A stretch of 64,000 bases of DNA from Candidatus Calescibacterium sp. (GCA_032249135.1 JAVVGL010000008.1:1-64000), one strand, 5' to 3'; shown: positions 17,381 through 28,384, counted from the first letter of the stretch. The notes: generated by a model from the letters alone, not told the origin. Program-made: numbers and translations.

Positions 17381-18346
17381 CTATGTGATAAAAAACACTT
17401 TTGGAGCTGGTTTCAAAATTATTTTTCTTGCAGAATATAAATCTCCATCTATTGTGAAACCTATTTTTTCTTGACTTTCTATCTCAGCACCTCTTGCAAT
17501 TTCATTAAGAGAATCTTTTGGTAGTTTACCAAAGTAAATTAAAGGTAGATAAATGGCAAGTTTAAAAAGGAAGTCGGAGTAAGCTATAAAGTTAAATGAA
17601 TCGCTGCATTTTGGAGCTTTCGGGAAGTTAGAAAAATTCAAACCAAAGGAATGAATTGTAGAAGCTCCTATCAGGAGAAATTCGCCTTCGGTTTCAAGAT
17701 GAGGGATTTCTTCATAAAACGCAACTTTTATTTTACATTTTTGCTTTTTTAGAATTTCCCTTTTTTTCTCTTTTTTGAGCATTTCCGATAATGCAATCAG
17801 TAAAGTTTCGGCACCTCTTATTGGTCCCAATATTTTTCCTGCGTAGTATTTTTCAAGAAAGTTGAAGGGGGTTATGGCTCCGAACAAAAATCCATAGAAG
17901 ACATCTTTTTCTGTTTTTATTTCAATTGGGTTTCTGGGAATAACATCAATTTTTTTGCTTTCTTTTATTTTCAAAAGAATGTTTTCTATTTTTGGGATTT
18001 GAAGACAGGTTGCAATTGTGTTCATAGTTCCGCCGCGCAGATGTCCAACAAGTATTTTTGGAAAGTTCTTTGTTTCTTTCAACTTTTTGAATATTTCTGT
18101 GAGAACTCTGTGAATTGTTCCATCTCCACCGAAAATCAAGAGAACATCTCCGTCATCTGGTTCAAGGTCTATTTTGTTATCTGGCAAAACAAAAATTTTT
18201 TCTGGAATTATTTTCACATCTTCAAATTTTCTCATAAGTTGGATGAATCTTGATGAGTTTGAATTCCTGTTGTAGAAAGCTTTCTTGTTGTAAAAAAGGA
18301 AAATTCTTTTTATTTCAGCTTTTTCCTTTGGGTATTTGTGAAACAT
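17381..18346 (-). CDS. Diacylglycerol/sphingosine kinase family protein
   Basis: GGDGT, GGTMN and IDGD motifs. Confidence 0.8.
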   Translation of the reverse strand: MFHKYPKEKAEIKRIFLFYNKKAFYNRNSNSSRFIQLMRKFEDVKIIPEKIFVLPDNKIDLEPDDGDVLLIFGGDGTIHRVLTEIFKKLKETKNFPKILVGHLRGGTMNTIATCLQIPKIENILLKIKESKKIDVIPRNPIEIKTEKDVFYGFLFGAITPFNFLEKYYAGKILGPIRGAETLLIALSEMLKKEKKREILKKQKCKIKVAFYEEIPHLETEGEFLLIGASTIHSFGLNFSNFPKAPKCSDSFNFIAYSDFLFKLAIYLPLIYFGKLPKDSLNEIARGAEIESQEKIGFTIDGDLYSARKIILKPAPKVFFIT

Positions 18347-18390
18347 ACTTTACTTTAAAGTTTTCTTTTATTTTTTCTTGTGTGTTTTTA

Positions 18391-19164
18391 TCAGTCAAAT
18401 TTAGGTTTTCGTTTTTCAAAGAACGCTGAAATTCCTTCCTTTGCGTCTTTTCCTGCTCTTGCTTCTGCAAGAAAGTGGGATGCGAGGTCAAGTGAGTAGC
18501 TTAAACTTGAATCAAAAATTCTCATAATAAGTTCTTTTGTTTTCCTTACTGCATAACCTGAATTACTTTTTATCTCTTCTATAATTTCATTTACTTTTTT
18601 ATCTAACTCATCTTTTTCGCAGACTATGTTTATAAGTCCAATTTTTTGAGCTTCAAAAGCGTCAATTTCTTTTCCTGAGAGAGCAAGAAATTTCAAGTTT
18701 GACATCCCTATTTTTCTCAGAAGGAAAACGGAGATTACTGCTGGAATTAGACCTATTTTGACTTCTGGTGTTCTGAACTTTGCATTTTTTTCGCAAATAG
18801 ATATATCTGATACAGCTAAAAATCCAACTCCTCCCCCAAAAGCCCCCCCTTGAACTTTCACAATAACCGGGACGGGAAATTTCCATATTGATTCATACAT
18901 TTGAGCGAGCTTTCTTGCATCTGCGAGGTTCTCATCGTATTTGAGTTCTCCTTTTTCTTTCATCCATCTCAAATCTCCACCTGCGCAAAATATCTCCCCT
19001 TCTCCTTGAATCAAAGCTACTTTCAAGCTTTTGTCTTTGCTTTCCTCTGTGAAAACCTCGGTTATTTCGGCTATCATTTTTTCATCTAAAACATTTCTTT
19101 TCTCCGGAACAGAGAGGGTAACTACGAGAATTCCGTTCTGCCTTTCTACCTTTATCTTTTCCAT
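18391..19164 (-). CDS. Enoyl-CoA hydratase/isomerase (methylglutaconyl-CoA hydratase-like)
   Basis: FCAGGDL, GGAFGGGVG, PEVKIGLIPAVIS, EGISAFFEKRKP. Confidence 0.9.
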   Translation of the reverse strand: MEKIKVERQNGILVVTLSVPEKRNVLDEKMIAEITEVFTEESKDKSLKVALIQGEGEIFCAGGDLRWMKEKGELKYDENLADARKLAQMYESIWKFPVPVIVKVQGGAFGGGVGFLAVSDISICEKNAKFRTPEVKIGLIPAVISVFLLRKIGMSNLKFLALSGKEIDAFEAQKIGLINIVCEKDELDKKVNEIIEEIKSNSGYAVRKTKELIMRIFDSSLSYSLDLASHFLAEARAGKDAKEGISAFFEKRKPKFD

Positions 19165-19279
19165 ATTATCTTCCTATTTTCCAAACAAAATAAAACGTAA
19201 TAAGCGAAAGTATTATAGTTATAATTTCCAATATTTTAATTACTATTTCCATATTTTTCGCATCCTTTCCATAAGGAAT

Positions 19280-19540
19280 TTACTCTTTTTCCCCGAGAAT
19301 TTTCTTTGCTAATTTTCTCTTTTCTTCTGGTGTTTCAGCTAAAATCAGGAGGGCAATTAACCTGAAACCTTCATCTATTTTTCGCCCAAGATTATCTATT
19401 TTCTGTCCAAGCTCATCTATTTTACTAACGATTATTGCCGTATTTTCCCTTATGATTTTTCCGTTCCTCCAAGCAAGATAAGTCAAAATAGCTGCAAACA
19501 GTGTAATTCCAATTCCCATTATTGTAACCGCTATTTCCAT
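19280..19540 (-). CDS. Small membrane-anchored coiled-coil hypothetical protein
   Basis: AAGGAG RBS; N-terminal TM helix; heptad repeats KIDELGQ-KIDNLGR-KIDEGF. Confidence 0.7.
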   Translation of the reverse strand: MEIAVTIMGIGITLFAAILTYLAWRNGKIIRENTAIIVSKIDELGQKIDNLGRKIDEGFRLIALLILAETPEEKRKLAKKILGEKE

Positions 19541-19766
19541 ATTTTTTCAACTCCTTTACATATAACTTTAATAACTGAATTTAGATAAGATGTTAAGCGA
19601 ATATATTTGATGCTTTTTTCAGAATTTCAGAAAAGAACATTATTTTTACTTTGGTGCCATAAAGGCAGAATGTCTTATGGCATCATTCGGATGATGCTCT
19701 TTTATTTTAGGAAATTTTGGCTTACAAATAAAACTTTATCCGGAAAACTAAAATTCTTATTATAAA

Positions 19767-22700
19767 ATGGATAAGAAAGAAAAATTCCCTATATCAATAG
19801 TATTCTTATGGATATTAACTGCTATTGCAGTTGGTTTAGCTCTAATTTCACTTATAGGTCTTATAATATCAAAAAATCAAAAGGTGAAAAAATCTTTTTT
19901 GAACACTATAAAAAATAAAACTGGAATTGAAATCCAAGATATAAAAATAAGTTTGTTCCCTCTAACCTATATAGCTGATTTGGAGATAAAACAAGCTAAA
20001 TTTGGAAATTTACATATAAACCAAATCTCAATTTCTCTTCCCAAAAAAATCGTATTGAAAAAATTAAAATTGGGAAATGACTTTATATCAGAAGAAATAA
20101 AAATAAATGGGAACAAAATAGAGTTAAATAACTCAAAGCTGATTATAAAATCATCAGAAAAAAGCGAAATACCTGACTTGAAAATTCTGTGTGAAATAAA
20201 GGAAAAAATTTCTCAATCAAAAATATGGGATATATTTTTATTTTCCCAAAGTTTCATAGGATTTAACATCACTGCAAAAAACTTAGAGGTAATTGAGAAG
20301 AATTTTAAGGCGAATATACAAAAAATTTCGGCTAATGTGGAACAAGCAACAATAAATGGAGAAGCGAAGGGTAAAATATCTATTTCAAATTTAGGACTGA
20401 TAGAAAAAGAAAAAAAAAGAGAAAATGAAATTATCGATGCCAATCTTAAATTCTTTTCATATATAGAAAGCTTTGGAGGTGGAGGTGAGATAATTTTTAA
20501 ATCAGAAACTCTTGCCGGCTCAACTGATTTCTCATTTTTCCTGTGCAAAGAAGCAGAACTTGAATTCAAATCAAAATCTGATATTTCATTCGGTATATCA
20601 AGCCAGGATATTGAATTAGATGGGAATATTCTGGCAAAATTAGAAGGAAAGCTCAAAGACAAAAAAATTTCTTTTGATATATCTTTTAATGTACAATCTG
20701 AAAATTTAAAAATTTATCAGGAAAATATCGGTGAGGTATTTATTTCAGGAGAAGCTCATATCCGTGAAGATAAAATATATGGCAGCGGTGAGCTGAAAGC
20801 TGATGCAATAGAAAAACTTGAATTCTCTTCCGAATACTCCCCCAAAGATAAAAAAGGGAATATAAACTTTTTCTCATCTATTGACCTTTCAGAATCAAAA
20901 ATTCTGAAAAAGTCAGATGGAAAAATAAAGTTATCAGGTAAAATTGGATTTCCCTATATAAAAGGGAAACTTGATTTTGACGTAAAACATAGCGAGATAG
21001 AAAACATATTCAAAATTCAAAGGACACTCGGAAACATAGATATAGAAAACGGGATACTGAAAATAAGTGCGGTCGCATATAATGAAGAAAGCAAGTTTAT
21101 AATAAAAGGGGATTTTAATCCAAAAAATCTTGAAGCGTCAGCGAAAATTGAAGTCGCAAAATCTAAACTCTCAGACCTACTGAAAACAATAAATGTTGAT
21201 GTTCCGTTTGACGGTTATGTTAAGTCAGATAACCTAAAATTCAATTTATATAAAAACACAATAAAATTAAATGGAATCGCATATGCAAAAAACTTTGAAA
21301 TAATATCAGAAAAAATAAAATGCGCAAATGCAAATATCAAAACAGAAGTAGATTTTGAAGGAAACTATAATGTAAAGATAGAAGGAGTAGGTTTTGATGG
21401 AGTAATAATTTGCCCAGAGTATTATTCAGACTTTGAAAACAGTGAATTAAGCAAAGCATCAAAATTTTTCTTTGACGCAACCATAAATCAGAAAACTATA
21501 GATGTTTCATTAGAAGGATTATACAACCTTGAAGACATAGATATAACACCTTTTAAGATGAGAGGTAAAGCTGAATTCAAAGGCAAAGTAATAAGCGACC
21601 ACAAAAATATTGAAAGTTCAATAGATATGAAATCAGAAGATTTTCAAATAGAAGATTATGCTGTAAGTTCATCTTGTGTCATCGGAAAAATTGAATACAA
21701 AGAAAATAAAGTTTTTATATCTGGACAAACTTGTGAAAATTTTCTTTTTGACATAGCTTATAATCCCAAAAAAGAAGAAATTTTTGGAGAAATAAAAAAG
21801 GGTGAAACAGAAATAAAGTTTTTGGGAGATCAAATTCAAGCAAAAGGTGAGATAAAAACTCTGTCGGAAATAGTCCCACTCCTTTATGGAAATGAAGGTT
21901 CATTTTTTGCAAATTACAAAATAAAGGAAAAAAAAGGAGATATTTCTTTATCATCTCCAAAATTCTTGATAGGTAATTTTATTTTGACTGACCTGAAAGC
22001 TTCATCACAAATAAAAGGAAATATTTTAGATTTTAAAGCGAACGCAAAATATCTTGAAGAAGAACTTGAAACAGAAGGAAAATATAACTTGAAAAACAAA
22101 GATATAGATTTGAAGATTAATTTGAAAGGATTTGCTGGTATTCCACTAAAAGGAGATATAAAAGTAGCAGGGAACATATTATCTCCGTATGTCAGCGGGA
22201 ACTTAACAATAGAAAATGTTGATCTGACAGAAAAAACGCTTGCAAAAATCAGAAGTTATCTAAAATACGGAGGTGAATCAAGTGAAAAATTTGATAGAAA
22301 AGAAGAAGAACAGGAAAGAGAATCAAATGAAGAAAAAAAACAGGGAACAATAAATTTAGTTTTGAATATGAAAAACGTTTCTCTAAAATATGATATAATA
22401 TCCACGAATTTATCTGGTAGAATTCATGTTTACGGCAATTTGGACTCACCAAAGGTAAGCGGCATATTAGAGATAAAAGATGGGTCGGTTCCAATCGCAG
22501 AGGTTGAGTTCAAACAGATAAGAGGAATGGGGATAATAGAAGGAGAAAAAGTTTTCCTGAACATACAAGGACAGGCAGAAGTTATAACTTTTGAAAACGA
22601 AAAATATCAGATAAACATAAGAATGATAGGAAATTTAGATTCTCTGAACTTTCACCTAACATCAAAGCCAAGTCTCCCTCAAAATGATATAATGTGTATC

Positions 22701-23057
22701 CTGGTTCTACTGAGAAAATGTAAATCTGTTGAAGATTACAAAGGAGTTCTTGAAGTAGCAGTATATAGAGGACTATATTTAATTTCAAAAAAACTTGAAG
22801 AAAACATAGGAATAGCAAGCACTAACGCAAGACCATTTTTTAAACCAACTGAATTCGGAATCATGGGTAAAGCATACGGACTTAACTTCACTTTCTCACA
22901 AAACATCTTTGAAGGAGTGAATAAATTTTCTCTCTCCCGCGAAATATCAGATAATATCTTTACGACTTTGAGTTGGGATAACAAAAAATACGGATACTCC
23001 CTTCTTGGAAATGTGGGAAATCTCGGTCTTGATGTAAAAACAATTAGAAGGTTCTGA
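19767..23057 (+). CDS. TamB/AsmA-like translocation-assembly protein
   Basis: N-terminal TM, long beta-rich body, DUF490-like C-terminus (GNLDSPKVSG, LTSKPSLPQNDIMCILV, GLDVKTIRRF). Confidence 0.7.
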   Translation: MDKKEKFPISIVFLWILTAIAVGLALISLIGLIISKNQKVKKSFLNTIKNKTGIEIQDIKISLFPLTYIADLEIKQAKFGNLHINQISISLPKKIVLKKLKLGNDFISEEIKINGNKIELNNSKLIIKSSEKSEIPDLKILCEIKEKISQSKIWDIFLFSQSFIGFNITAKNLEVIEKNFKANIQKISANVEQATINGEAKGKISISNLGLIEKEKKRENEIIDANLKFFSYIESFGGGGEIIFKSETLAGSTDFSFFLCKEAELEFKSKSDISFGISSQDIELDGNILAKLEGKLKDKKISFDISFNVQSENLKIYQENIGEVFISGEAHIREDKIYGSGELKADAIEKLEFSSEYSPKDKKGNINFFSSIDLSESKILKKSDGKIKLSGKIGFPYIKGKLDFDVKHSEIENIFKIQRTLGNIDIENGILKISAVAYNEESKFIIKGDFNPKNLEASAKIEVAKSKLSDLLKTINVDVPFDGYVKSDNLKFNLYKNTIKLNGIAYAKNFEIISEKIKCANANIKTEVDFEGNYNVKIEGVGFDGVIICPEYYSDFENSELSKASKFFFDATINQKTIDVSLEGLYNLEDIDITPFKMRGKAEFKGKVISDHKNIESSIDMKSEDFQIEDYAVSSSCVIGKIEYKENKVFISGQTCENFLFDIAYNPKKEEIFGEIKKGETEIKFLGDQIQAKGEIKTLSEIVPLLYGNEGSFFANYKIKEKKGDISLSSPKFLIGNFILTDLKASSQIKGNILDFKANAKYLEEELETEGKYNLKNKDIDLKINLKGFAGIPLKGDIKVAGNILSPYVSGNLTIENVDLTEKTLAKIRSYLKYGGESSEKFDRKEEEQERESNEEKKQGTINLVLNMKNVSLKYDIISTNLSGRIHVYGNLDSPKVSGILEIKDGSVPIAEVEFKQIRGMGIIEGEKVFLNIQGQAEVITFENEKYQINIRMIGNLDSLNFHLTSKPSLPQNDIMCILVLLRKCKSVEDYKGVLEVAVYRGLYLISKKLEENIGIASTNARPFFKPTEFGIMGKAYGLNFTFSQNIFEGVNKFSLSREISDNIFTTLSWDNKKYGYSLLGNVGNLGLDVKTIRRF

Positions 23058-23077
23058 AAGAAAAATGGTAAGAAAAT

Positions 23078-24196
23078 ATGGTAAGCATAATAACTATATC
23101 TAACTCAAGAGAAAAGCTATTGAAAACAGCACAAGGAGTTATAAGAGAATGTAAAAACTTCAATAGTGAATGGGAATATATAATCGTTGAATGTCAAAAA
23201 GAAAATAGTGATAGGAATTACATATCAGAAACAGATGCAAAAACAGAAGCAGATGAACTTGAAAATGAAATAAAAAAAATAAAGGAAGAACTTGAAAATA
23301 AAAACCAAATAAGACATATAAAAGTAGAAAAGTGTGGATTTTCTTATCAGAGAAACATAGGAGTAAGAGAATCAAAACACAAAATTTTGGTATTTGTGGA
23401 TGATGGTATGGATATACCGGAAGGTTGGTTAAAAAAACTAATATCTCCTATAATTTCAGGTGAAGCAGATGCAGTTCTTGGCGGAGTATTACCTAAATTA
23501 GAAAAGGGTAAGACAAAAGAGAATATATTAGCTTTGTGCCAGAGCATTCTGGGTTTTCCAGGTGGAGGTCTAAAATATTATGCGTTGGGTACGCGACCGA
23601 TAGACTCGTTCTCAACTCCAAATTTAGCAATAAGAAAAGACCTCGTAGAGCTCGCTGGTGGATTTGACGAAAAACTCATATTTGGAGCAGAAGACTCTGA
23701 TTTAGCGATAAGAATAAAAAGTAAATTCCCAAATTCAAAGTTTCTTTATAAAAAAGAAGCTTATGTTATAGCAGAACCAAGAAAAAATTTAAAAGAAATA
23801 ACAAGATGGTTTATAAGAAGAGGTAAAGCATTAGCAACACTAAAAATAAAATATTCCAACGGCAAAACGAAAATAAAAGATTTATTAAGTAGAGAACTTA
23901 TTCTCCCAAAAATCTTTATATCATCTTCTATACCTTTGATTTTTCCTTTATTCTCCTTTTCTTATGTGGCCAAGGTGGAAAAAACTCTTTTTTTGGTAAA
24001 AAATAAACTAAAAAATGAAGATATTATACCAAAAGAGTATTCTTTAATTTTGCCAATTGCTCTCCCCATATTTAAGTTTTTAGCTGATATGTGTTTTTCT
24101 ATTGGGTTTTACATTGCTTATTTTTCAGCGGGAAAGAAAATCACGTTATGGAAACGAAAAAATATGAAAAATGCAAAATTTCTTATGAAAGGATAA
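23078..24196 (+). CDS. Glycosyltransferase family 2
   Basis: RNIGV, LVFVDDG, GGFDE, AEDSDLAIRI; C-terminal hydrophobic segments. Confidence 0.85.
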   Translation: MVSIITISNSREKLLKTAQGVIRECKNFNSEWEYIIVECQKENSDRNYISETDAKTEADELENEIKKIKEELENKNQIRHIKVEKCGFSYQRNIGVRESKHKILVFVDDGMDIPEGWLKKLISPIISGEADAVLGGVLPKLEKGKTKENILALCQSILGFPGGGLKYYALGTRPIDSFSTPNLAIRKDLVELAGGFDEKLIFGAEDSDLAIRIKSKFPNSKFLYKKEAYVIAEPRKNLKEITRWFIRRGKALATLKIKYSNGKTKIKDLLSRELILPKIFISSSIPLIFPLFSFSYVAKVEKTLFLVKNKLKNEDIIPKEYSLILPIALPIFKFLADMCFSIGFYIAYFSAGKKITLWKRKNMKNAKFLMKG

Positions 24197-24209
24197 AGAT
24201 ATAAAACTT

Positions 24210-24698
24210 ATGATACCGAAAAAGAGCAAAGAATGGAAAAGGAAAAAATTTGAGGAGCTAAAACAAATGAAGGCAAAATATAATTTTTTCATTTTTTTCA
24301 ATTTTACAGACCTTGATGTACCAGCAATAACCGAAATAAGAGATAAAATGAAGGAAATAGGGAATGAAGTGAAAATATCAAAAAATGCGTTCATAGAAAA
24401 GATACTTGGGGTGAGATTTGAAGATCCGACAGCAGTTGTTGGAATAAAAGATGACCCAATAAAAACTGTAAAAATCCTTTCAAAACTTATAGAAAAGAAA
24501 ATAAAAGGAGCACTAATTGATGGTAGATTTATTGATAGAGAAGAGACAATAAAATTAAAGAACCTCCCAGATACACCCGAATTAAGAGGAATGGTTATAG
24601 GCTCACTTATATCTTTGCTTCACAGATTAATTACTTCTCTTTCATGGTATCCTTCTTCTCTGATTAGTATATTAAAGCAAAAAAGTGAAAAAGGGTAA
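24210..24698 (+). CDS. rplJ: 50S ribosomal protein L10 (divergent)
   Basis: FTDLDVPAITEIRDKM, VKISKNAF, FEDPTAV, IKGALIDG, LKNLPDTPELRGMVIG pattern and length typical of L10. Confidence 0.78.
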   Translation: MIPKKSKEWKRKKFEELKQMKAKYNFFIFFNFTDLDVPAITEIRDKMKEIGNEVKISKNAFIEKILGVRFEDPTAVVGIKDDPIKTVKILSKLIEKKIKGALIDGRFIDREETIKLKNLPDTPELRGMVIGSLISLLHRLITSLSWYPSSLISILKQKSEKG

Positions 24699-24747
24699 AA
24701 AATAGAAGAAGTGATAAATAAAAAACGGGAAAGGAGGTAGAGTAAAT

Positions 24748-25353
24748 ATGCAACAGAGGGAAGATCTGATGGAAAAGGTAAAGGAGTTAAAAGAGATAAC
24801 GGGGGCAGGATTTGCTGATTGTAGGAAAGCTCTCGCCGAAGCCAATGGAGATATTGAGAAAGCAATCGAAATACTTAGAAAAAGGGGGTTAGCAAAGGCA
24901 GAAAAAAAACTGGCTCGCCAGGCAAAAGAAGGAATAGTTGATGCATACATACACATAGGTGGAAGAATAGGGGTTCTCGTTGAAGTCAACTGTGAAACGG
25001 ATTTTGTTGCAAGAAATGAAGAATTCAAAAAATTTGTTCATGAAATAGCTATGCAAATAGCGGCTATGTCTCCGCGATGGATAAAAAGGGAGGATGTCCC
25101 AGAAGAAATAGTGAAGAGAGAGTTTGAAATATATTTTGAGCAAAGTAAAGCCGAAGGAAAACCAGATCATATTGCAGAGAAAATAGCAAAGGGGAAGCTT
25201 GAGAAATTTTTCGAAGAAAACTGCCTCTATGAACAAATATGGATAAAAGATGGTAAAAGCAAAATAGAAGACCTCATAAAATCAATGATAGCAAAATTCG
25301 GTGAAAACATATCGGTCAGGAGATTTGCAAGATTTGAGATAGGAAAAGAGTAA
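24748..25353 (+). CDS. tsf: Elongation factor Ts (short form)
   Basis: [60 protein letters not shown]. Confidence 0.97.
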   Translation: MQQREDLMEKVKELKEITGAGFADCRKALAEANGDIEKAIEILRKRGLAKAEKKLARQAKEGIVDAYIHIGGRIGVLVEVNCETDFVARNEEFKKFVHEIAMQIAAMSPRWIKREDVPEEIVKREFEIYFEQSKAEGKPDHIAEKIAKGKLEKFFEENCLYEQIWIKDGKSKIEDLIKSMIAKFGENISVRRFARFEIGKE

Positions 25354-25360
25354 TTTCATT

Positions 25361-25954
25361 TTATTCACTCATATAAAGTCCATTCCTTTCTATATACATC
25401 AGAACTCCGTCTGGAACGAGATATTTTACTGATTTTCCTTCTTTTATAAGTTGCCTTATTCTTGACGATGAAACATCTATTATCTCCGCCTCTATTTTTA
25501 CAAAATTTTTCAAATCAGGAAAATTATGAAATTCATCTTTATTTGGAATATATCTTGGAAACCACGCAACTTTAACTAAATTCAAAATTTCAGAACTATT
25601 CTTCCATGTATGAATTTTTAAAGCTGAGTCTTCTCCAACAAGAAGGAAATATTCATCCGCAGAAATATTTTCACGGAAGAATTTTATTGTATCTATTGTA
25701 TATGATATTCCACCTCTTTCTATTTCGCATGTTGATATAGTAAAATCAGGATGAGGCAAAAGTGCGATACGAAGCATATTTAATCTATGTTCAGCAGAAG
25801 CAACTGGAATTTTTTTATGAGGTGGAATATTTGCGGGAACAAAGAAGACTCTGTCAAGTCCCAATTGTTCAACTGCTCTTCTTGCCATAATAAGATGTCC
25901 AATATGAGGAGGATCAAATGTTCCTCCAAATATTCCTATTTTTCTCAAAATCAT
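25361..25954 (-). CDS. nadD: Nicotinate-nucleotide adenylyltransferase
   Basis: GIFGGTFDPPHIGH, PPHK, SYTIDT, VSSSRIR; ATG at 25954 preferred over TTG at 25969. Confidence 0.95.
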   Translation of the reverse strand: MILRKIGIFGGTFDPPHIGHLIMARRAVEQLGLDRVFFVPANIPPHKKIPVASAEHRLNMLRIALLPHPDFTISTCEIERGGISYTIDTIKFFRENISADEYFLLVGEDSALKIHTWKNSSEILNLVKVAWFPRYIPNKDEFHNFPDLKNFVKIEAEIIDVSSSRIRQLIKEGKSVKYLVPDGVLMYIERNGLYMSE

Positions 25955-26148
25955 AAACGGGGTGATCAAATAGTAATAAAAGTTTCTATTTATCGGAAAA
26001 TCAAAAGATAAATATTAAGATAAGAGCCAAGGCGAAAAAATAATCCTAAAAACTTTTGGTAATCGCTCATTTTATACATTTTCCCAAAAAAATGTAAAAT
26101 TCAGTATTAATGATCTAATTTTGTAAGTTTCTGAAGTTTTGGTAAGAA

Positions 26149-26994
26149 ATGAAAGATAAAATTTGGGGCAAGATTTGGAATTTTGTTTTGCTTGCGAGAC
26201 CTTTTCAGTGGCAAAAAAATATTTTTGTTTTTGCTCCCGTTTTCTTTTCTTTTTCTTTTGAAATACAAAAGCTCATAAAAGTTTTTTGGGCATTCTTATC
26301 TTTTGTATTGGTTTCATCTTCCGTTTACTCTATAAACGATATAATTGATCTTGAAAAAGATAGGGCTCACCCTATAAAAAGTAAAAGACCGGTAGCTTCC
26401 CAGAAAATATCTAAAAACGAAGCTTTAACTTTTGCTCTGTTACTATTTATCATTTCTCTGATAATAGGTTATGTCTCTCATACGCTTTCTATCATAGTTG
26501 CTTATTTCCTTTTGAACATTTTATATTCGCTCTTTTTTAAGGGAATAGAACCTCTTGGTATTTTTTCTGTTGCTTTTGGTTTTGTTTTGAGGGTTTTTGC
26601 TGGTGGTTTAGCAGCTAAAATAACTCCTTCAAGTTGGCTTACAACCTCCACATTCTTCATCTCTCTTTTCATTTCTTCTATGAAGCGTGAAGCGGAGGAA
26701 AAAGAACATTCAAAAATCTATGAACATATAGGGGTTATTTCCGCAACTTTAACAATAATTTTTTACACCTTATACATAATTTTTGAAAGAAGAAGTTTTT
26801 TCCTTCTTATCTCAATAATCCCAGTTATGTTCGGTATAATAAGATACTATATAATATCTGAGGAACAAAAAGGAAAAGACCCTTCTTTACTCATAGTAGA
26901 TCCACAAATATTGATTGCTGCCTTTATATGGGGTGTGATGTTCGTATTGGATAGTATTTTCCCTGATCTGAGAACTATTGATTTTTCAAGATAA
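26149..26994 (+). CDS. UbiA-family prenyltransferase (decaprenyl-phosphate phosphoribosyltransferase-like)
   Basis: RPFQWQKN, YSINDIIDLEKDRAHPIKSKRPVAS, GFVLRVFAG; multiple TM helices. Confidence 0.87.
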   Translation: MKDKIWGKIWNFVLLARPFQWQKNIFVFAPVFFSFSFEIQKLIKVFWAFLSFVLVSSSVYSINDIIDLEKDRAHPIKSKRPVASQKISKNEALTFALLLFIISLIIGYVSHTLSIIVAYFLLNILYSLFFKGIEPLGIFSVAFGFVLRVFAGGLAAKITPSSWLTTSTFFISLFISSMKREAEEKEHSKIYEHIGVISATLTIIFYTLYIIFERRSFFLLISIIPVMFGIIRYYIISEEQKGKDPSLLIVDPQILIAAFIWGVMFVLDSIFPDLRTIDFSR

Positions 26995-28320
26995 TACCAC
27001 CGGCTTTTCTAATTTTTCTGGGAAATTTTCATTTTCCTTATACTTTCTTAATTTTTCTGCTGCTGCAAGGGTTCCAAGTAAAAGCCAGAACATCTCAGCT
27101 GTTTGTAAAATAATGAATGTATTGGCACCCAACATATGAACTAGTATCCCAACAAACCATCCAATTATTCCTACTGATAAAGCTTCAATATTTTTATCCT
27201 CGTAATTTAATTTCGTATTCATTTTCAAAAACTTCCAAATTGTGTATAGAAGATAAATAAAAACTATAAGTCCCAAAGTTCCTGTTTCACCCCAAACTCT
27301 GAAAAATTGGTTATCCATCAAGCCAACTCCTAATATTCCAAATCCAAAAATCGGGCTTTGTGGGAGCTGACCGGTTATAAACCATTCCCATCTTTTCAAT
27401 CTTACAAAAACAGATGATTCAACATATATATCTCCTAATATCTCCCCCCCTCCCTCACCTACAAATGTGTATCTCATTCTCTCTATGACATAATCTGGAA
27501 CTATAAACGGAAATACTGCTACAAGTATGAGCGAGATAATGAAAATATCTTTCCTTCTCATGAAGATTAGCAGGAAAATTAGCCATGTAACTCCGGCTAT
27601 ATATGATGCTCTTGAAAGGGTTCTGAAATAAACCAGACAGGCTGCTGCAAAGATGATTGGGAATAAAAATTTTTTTAATCCTTTTGATTTGAGCATAAAT
27701 GGTAATGCTATTGCCATTATTCCAAGGTTGAATATTCCTACATTCTCTCTACCTCCAAATTTTTTGTGGAAAGGGAACATTATTACATTTCCTATTTTAC
27801 CCTCTATTATTATTTCTTTTAGCCAGTATATTAGAGCTAATGATACACCAAGGAAATAAGCTATTATAACATTTTTGATTTCTTTTTCACTTTTTAGCAG
27901 AGAATAGCTCATTATAAAGTAAAGCCAGTATTGTATAAACTTTGCAAGAAAAAGAAGTTGAGCTTTCCATCTCCAAGGTGATAAATATAAAAAAGTTGAA
28001 ATGGTGTATATGAATGCAAAAAACAAAATTATTGCCGATATTTTTGCTCCATATCCTATCTTTGGAATGTAAAAACCTCTTATTCCCCACGAAACAAATG
28101 TGAGAACGAAAAAAATATCTTCAAACCTTAAAGTTATATCTCTTACACCTGTTTCTCCTACACTTATTGATGGGGAGATTGGAATAAGAAAACATATCAG
28201 ATATATTCCAATTGAAGGATTTTTCAGTATAAGTGGAGCAAATATTGCTGCTGTTACAACTATTGCTGGTAAGTAATCTTTAAGTATTTTCCCTATATTT
28301 ACTTCACTTACTTCCATCAA
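26986..28320 (-). CDS. O-antigen ligase/Wzy_C family membrane protein
   Basis: Many TMs, TLSRAS, PIFGFG, DNQFFRVWGETGTLG. Confidence 0.8.
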   Translation of the reverse strand: MMEVSEVNIGKILKDYLPAIVVTAAIFAPLILKNPSIGIYLICFLIPISPSISVGETGVRDITLRFEDIFFVLTFVSWGIRGFYIPKIGYGAKISAIILFFAFIYTISTFLYLSPWRWKAQLLFLAKFIQYWLYFIMSYSLLKSEKEIKNVIIAYFLGVSLALIYWLKEIIIEGKIGNVIMFPFHKKFGGRENVGIFNLGIMAIALPFMLKSKGLKKFLFPIIFAAACLVYFRTLSRASYIAGVTWLIFLLIFMRRKDIFIISLILVAVFPFIVPDYVIERMRYTFVGEGGGEILGDIYVESSVFVRLKRWEWFITGQLPQSPIFGFGILGVGLMDNQFFRVWGETGTLGLIVFIYLLYTIWKFLKMNTKLNYEDKNIEALSVGIIGWFVGILVHMLGANTFIILQTAEMFWLLLGTLAAAEKLRKYKENENFPEKLEKPVVLS

Positions 28321-28384
28321 AGATAAATTTACTTTTAATTTATTATTTTTTGAAAATTTTTAATTTCGGGATTACATTTTTCAC

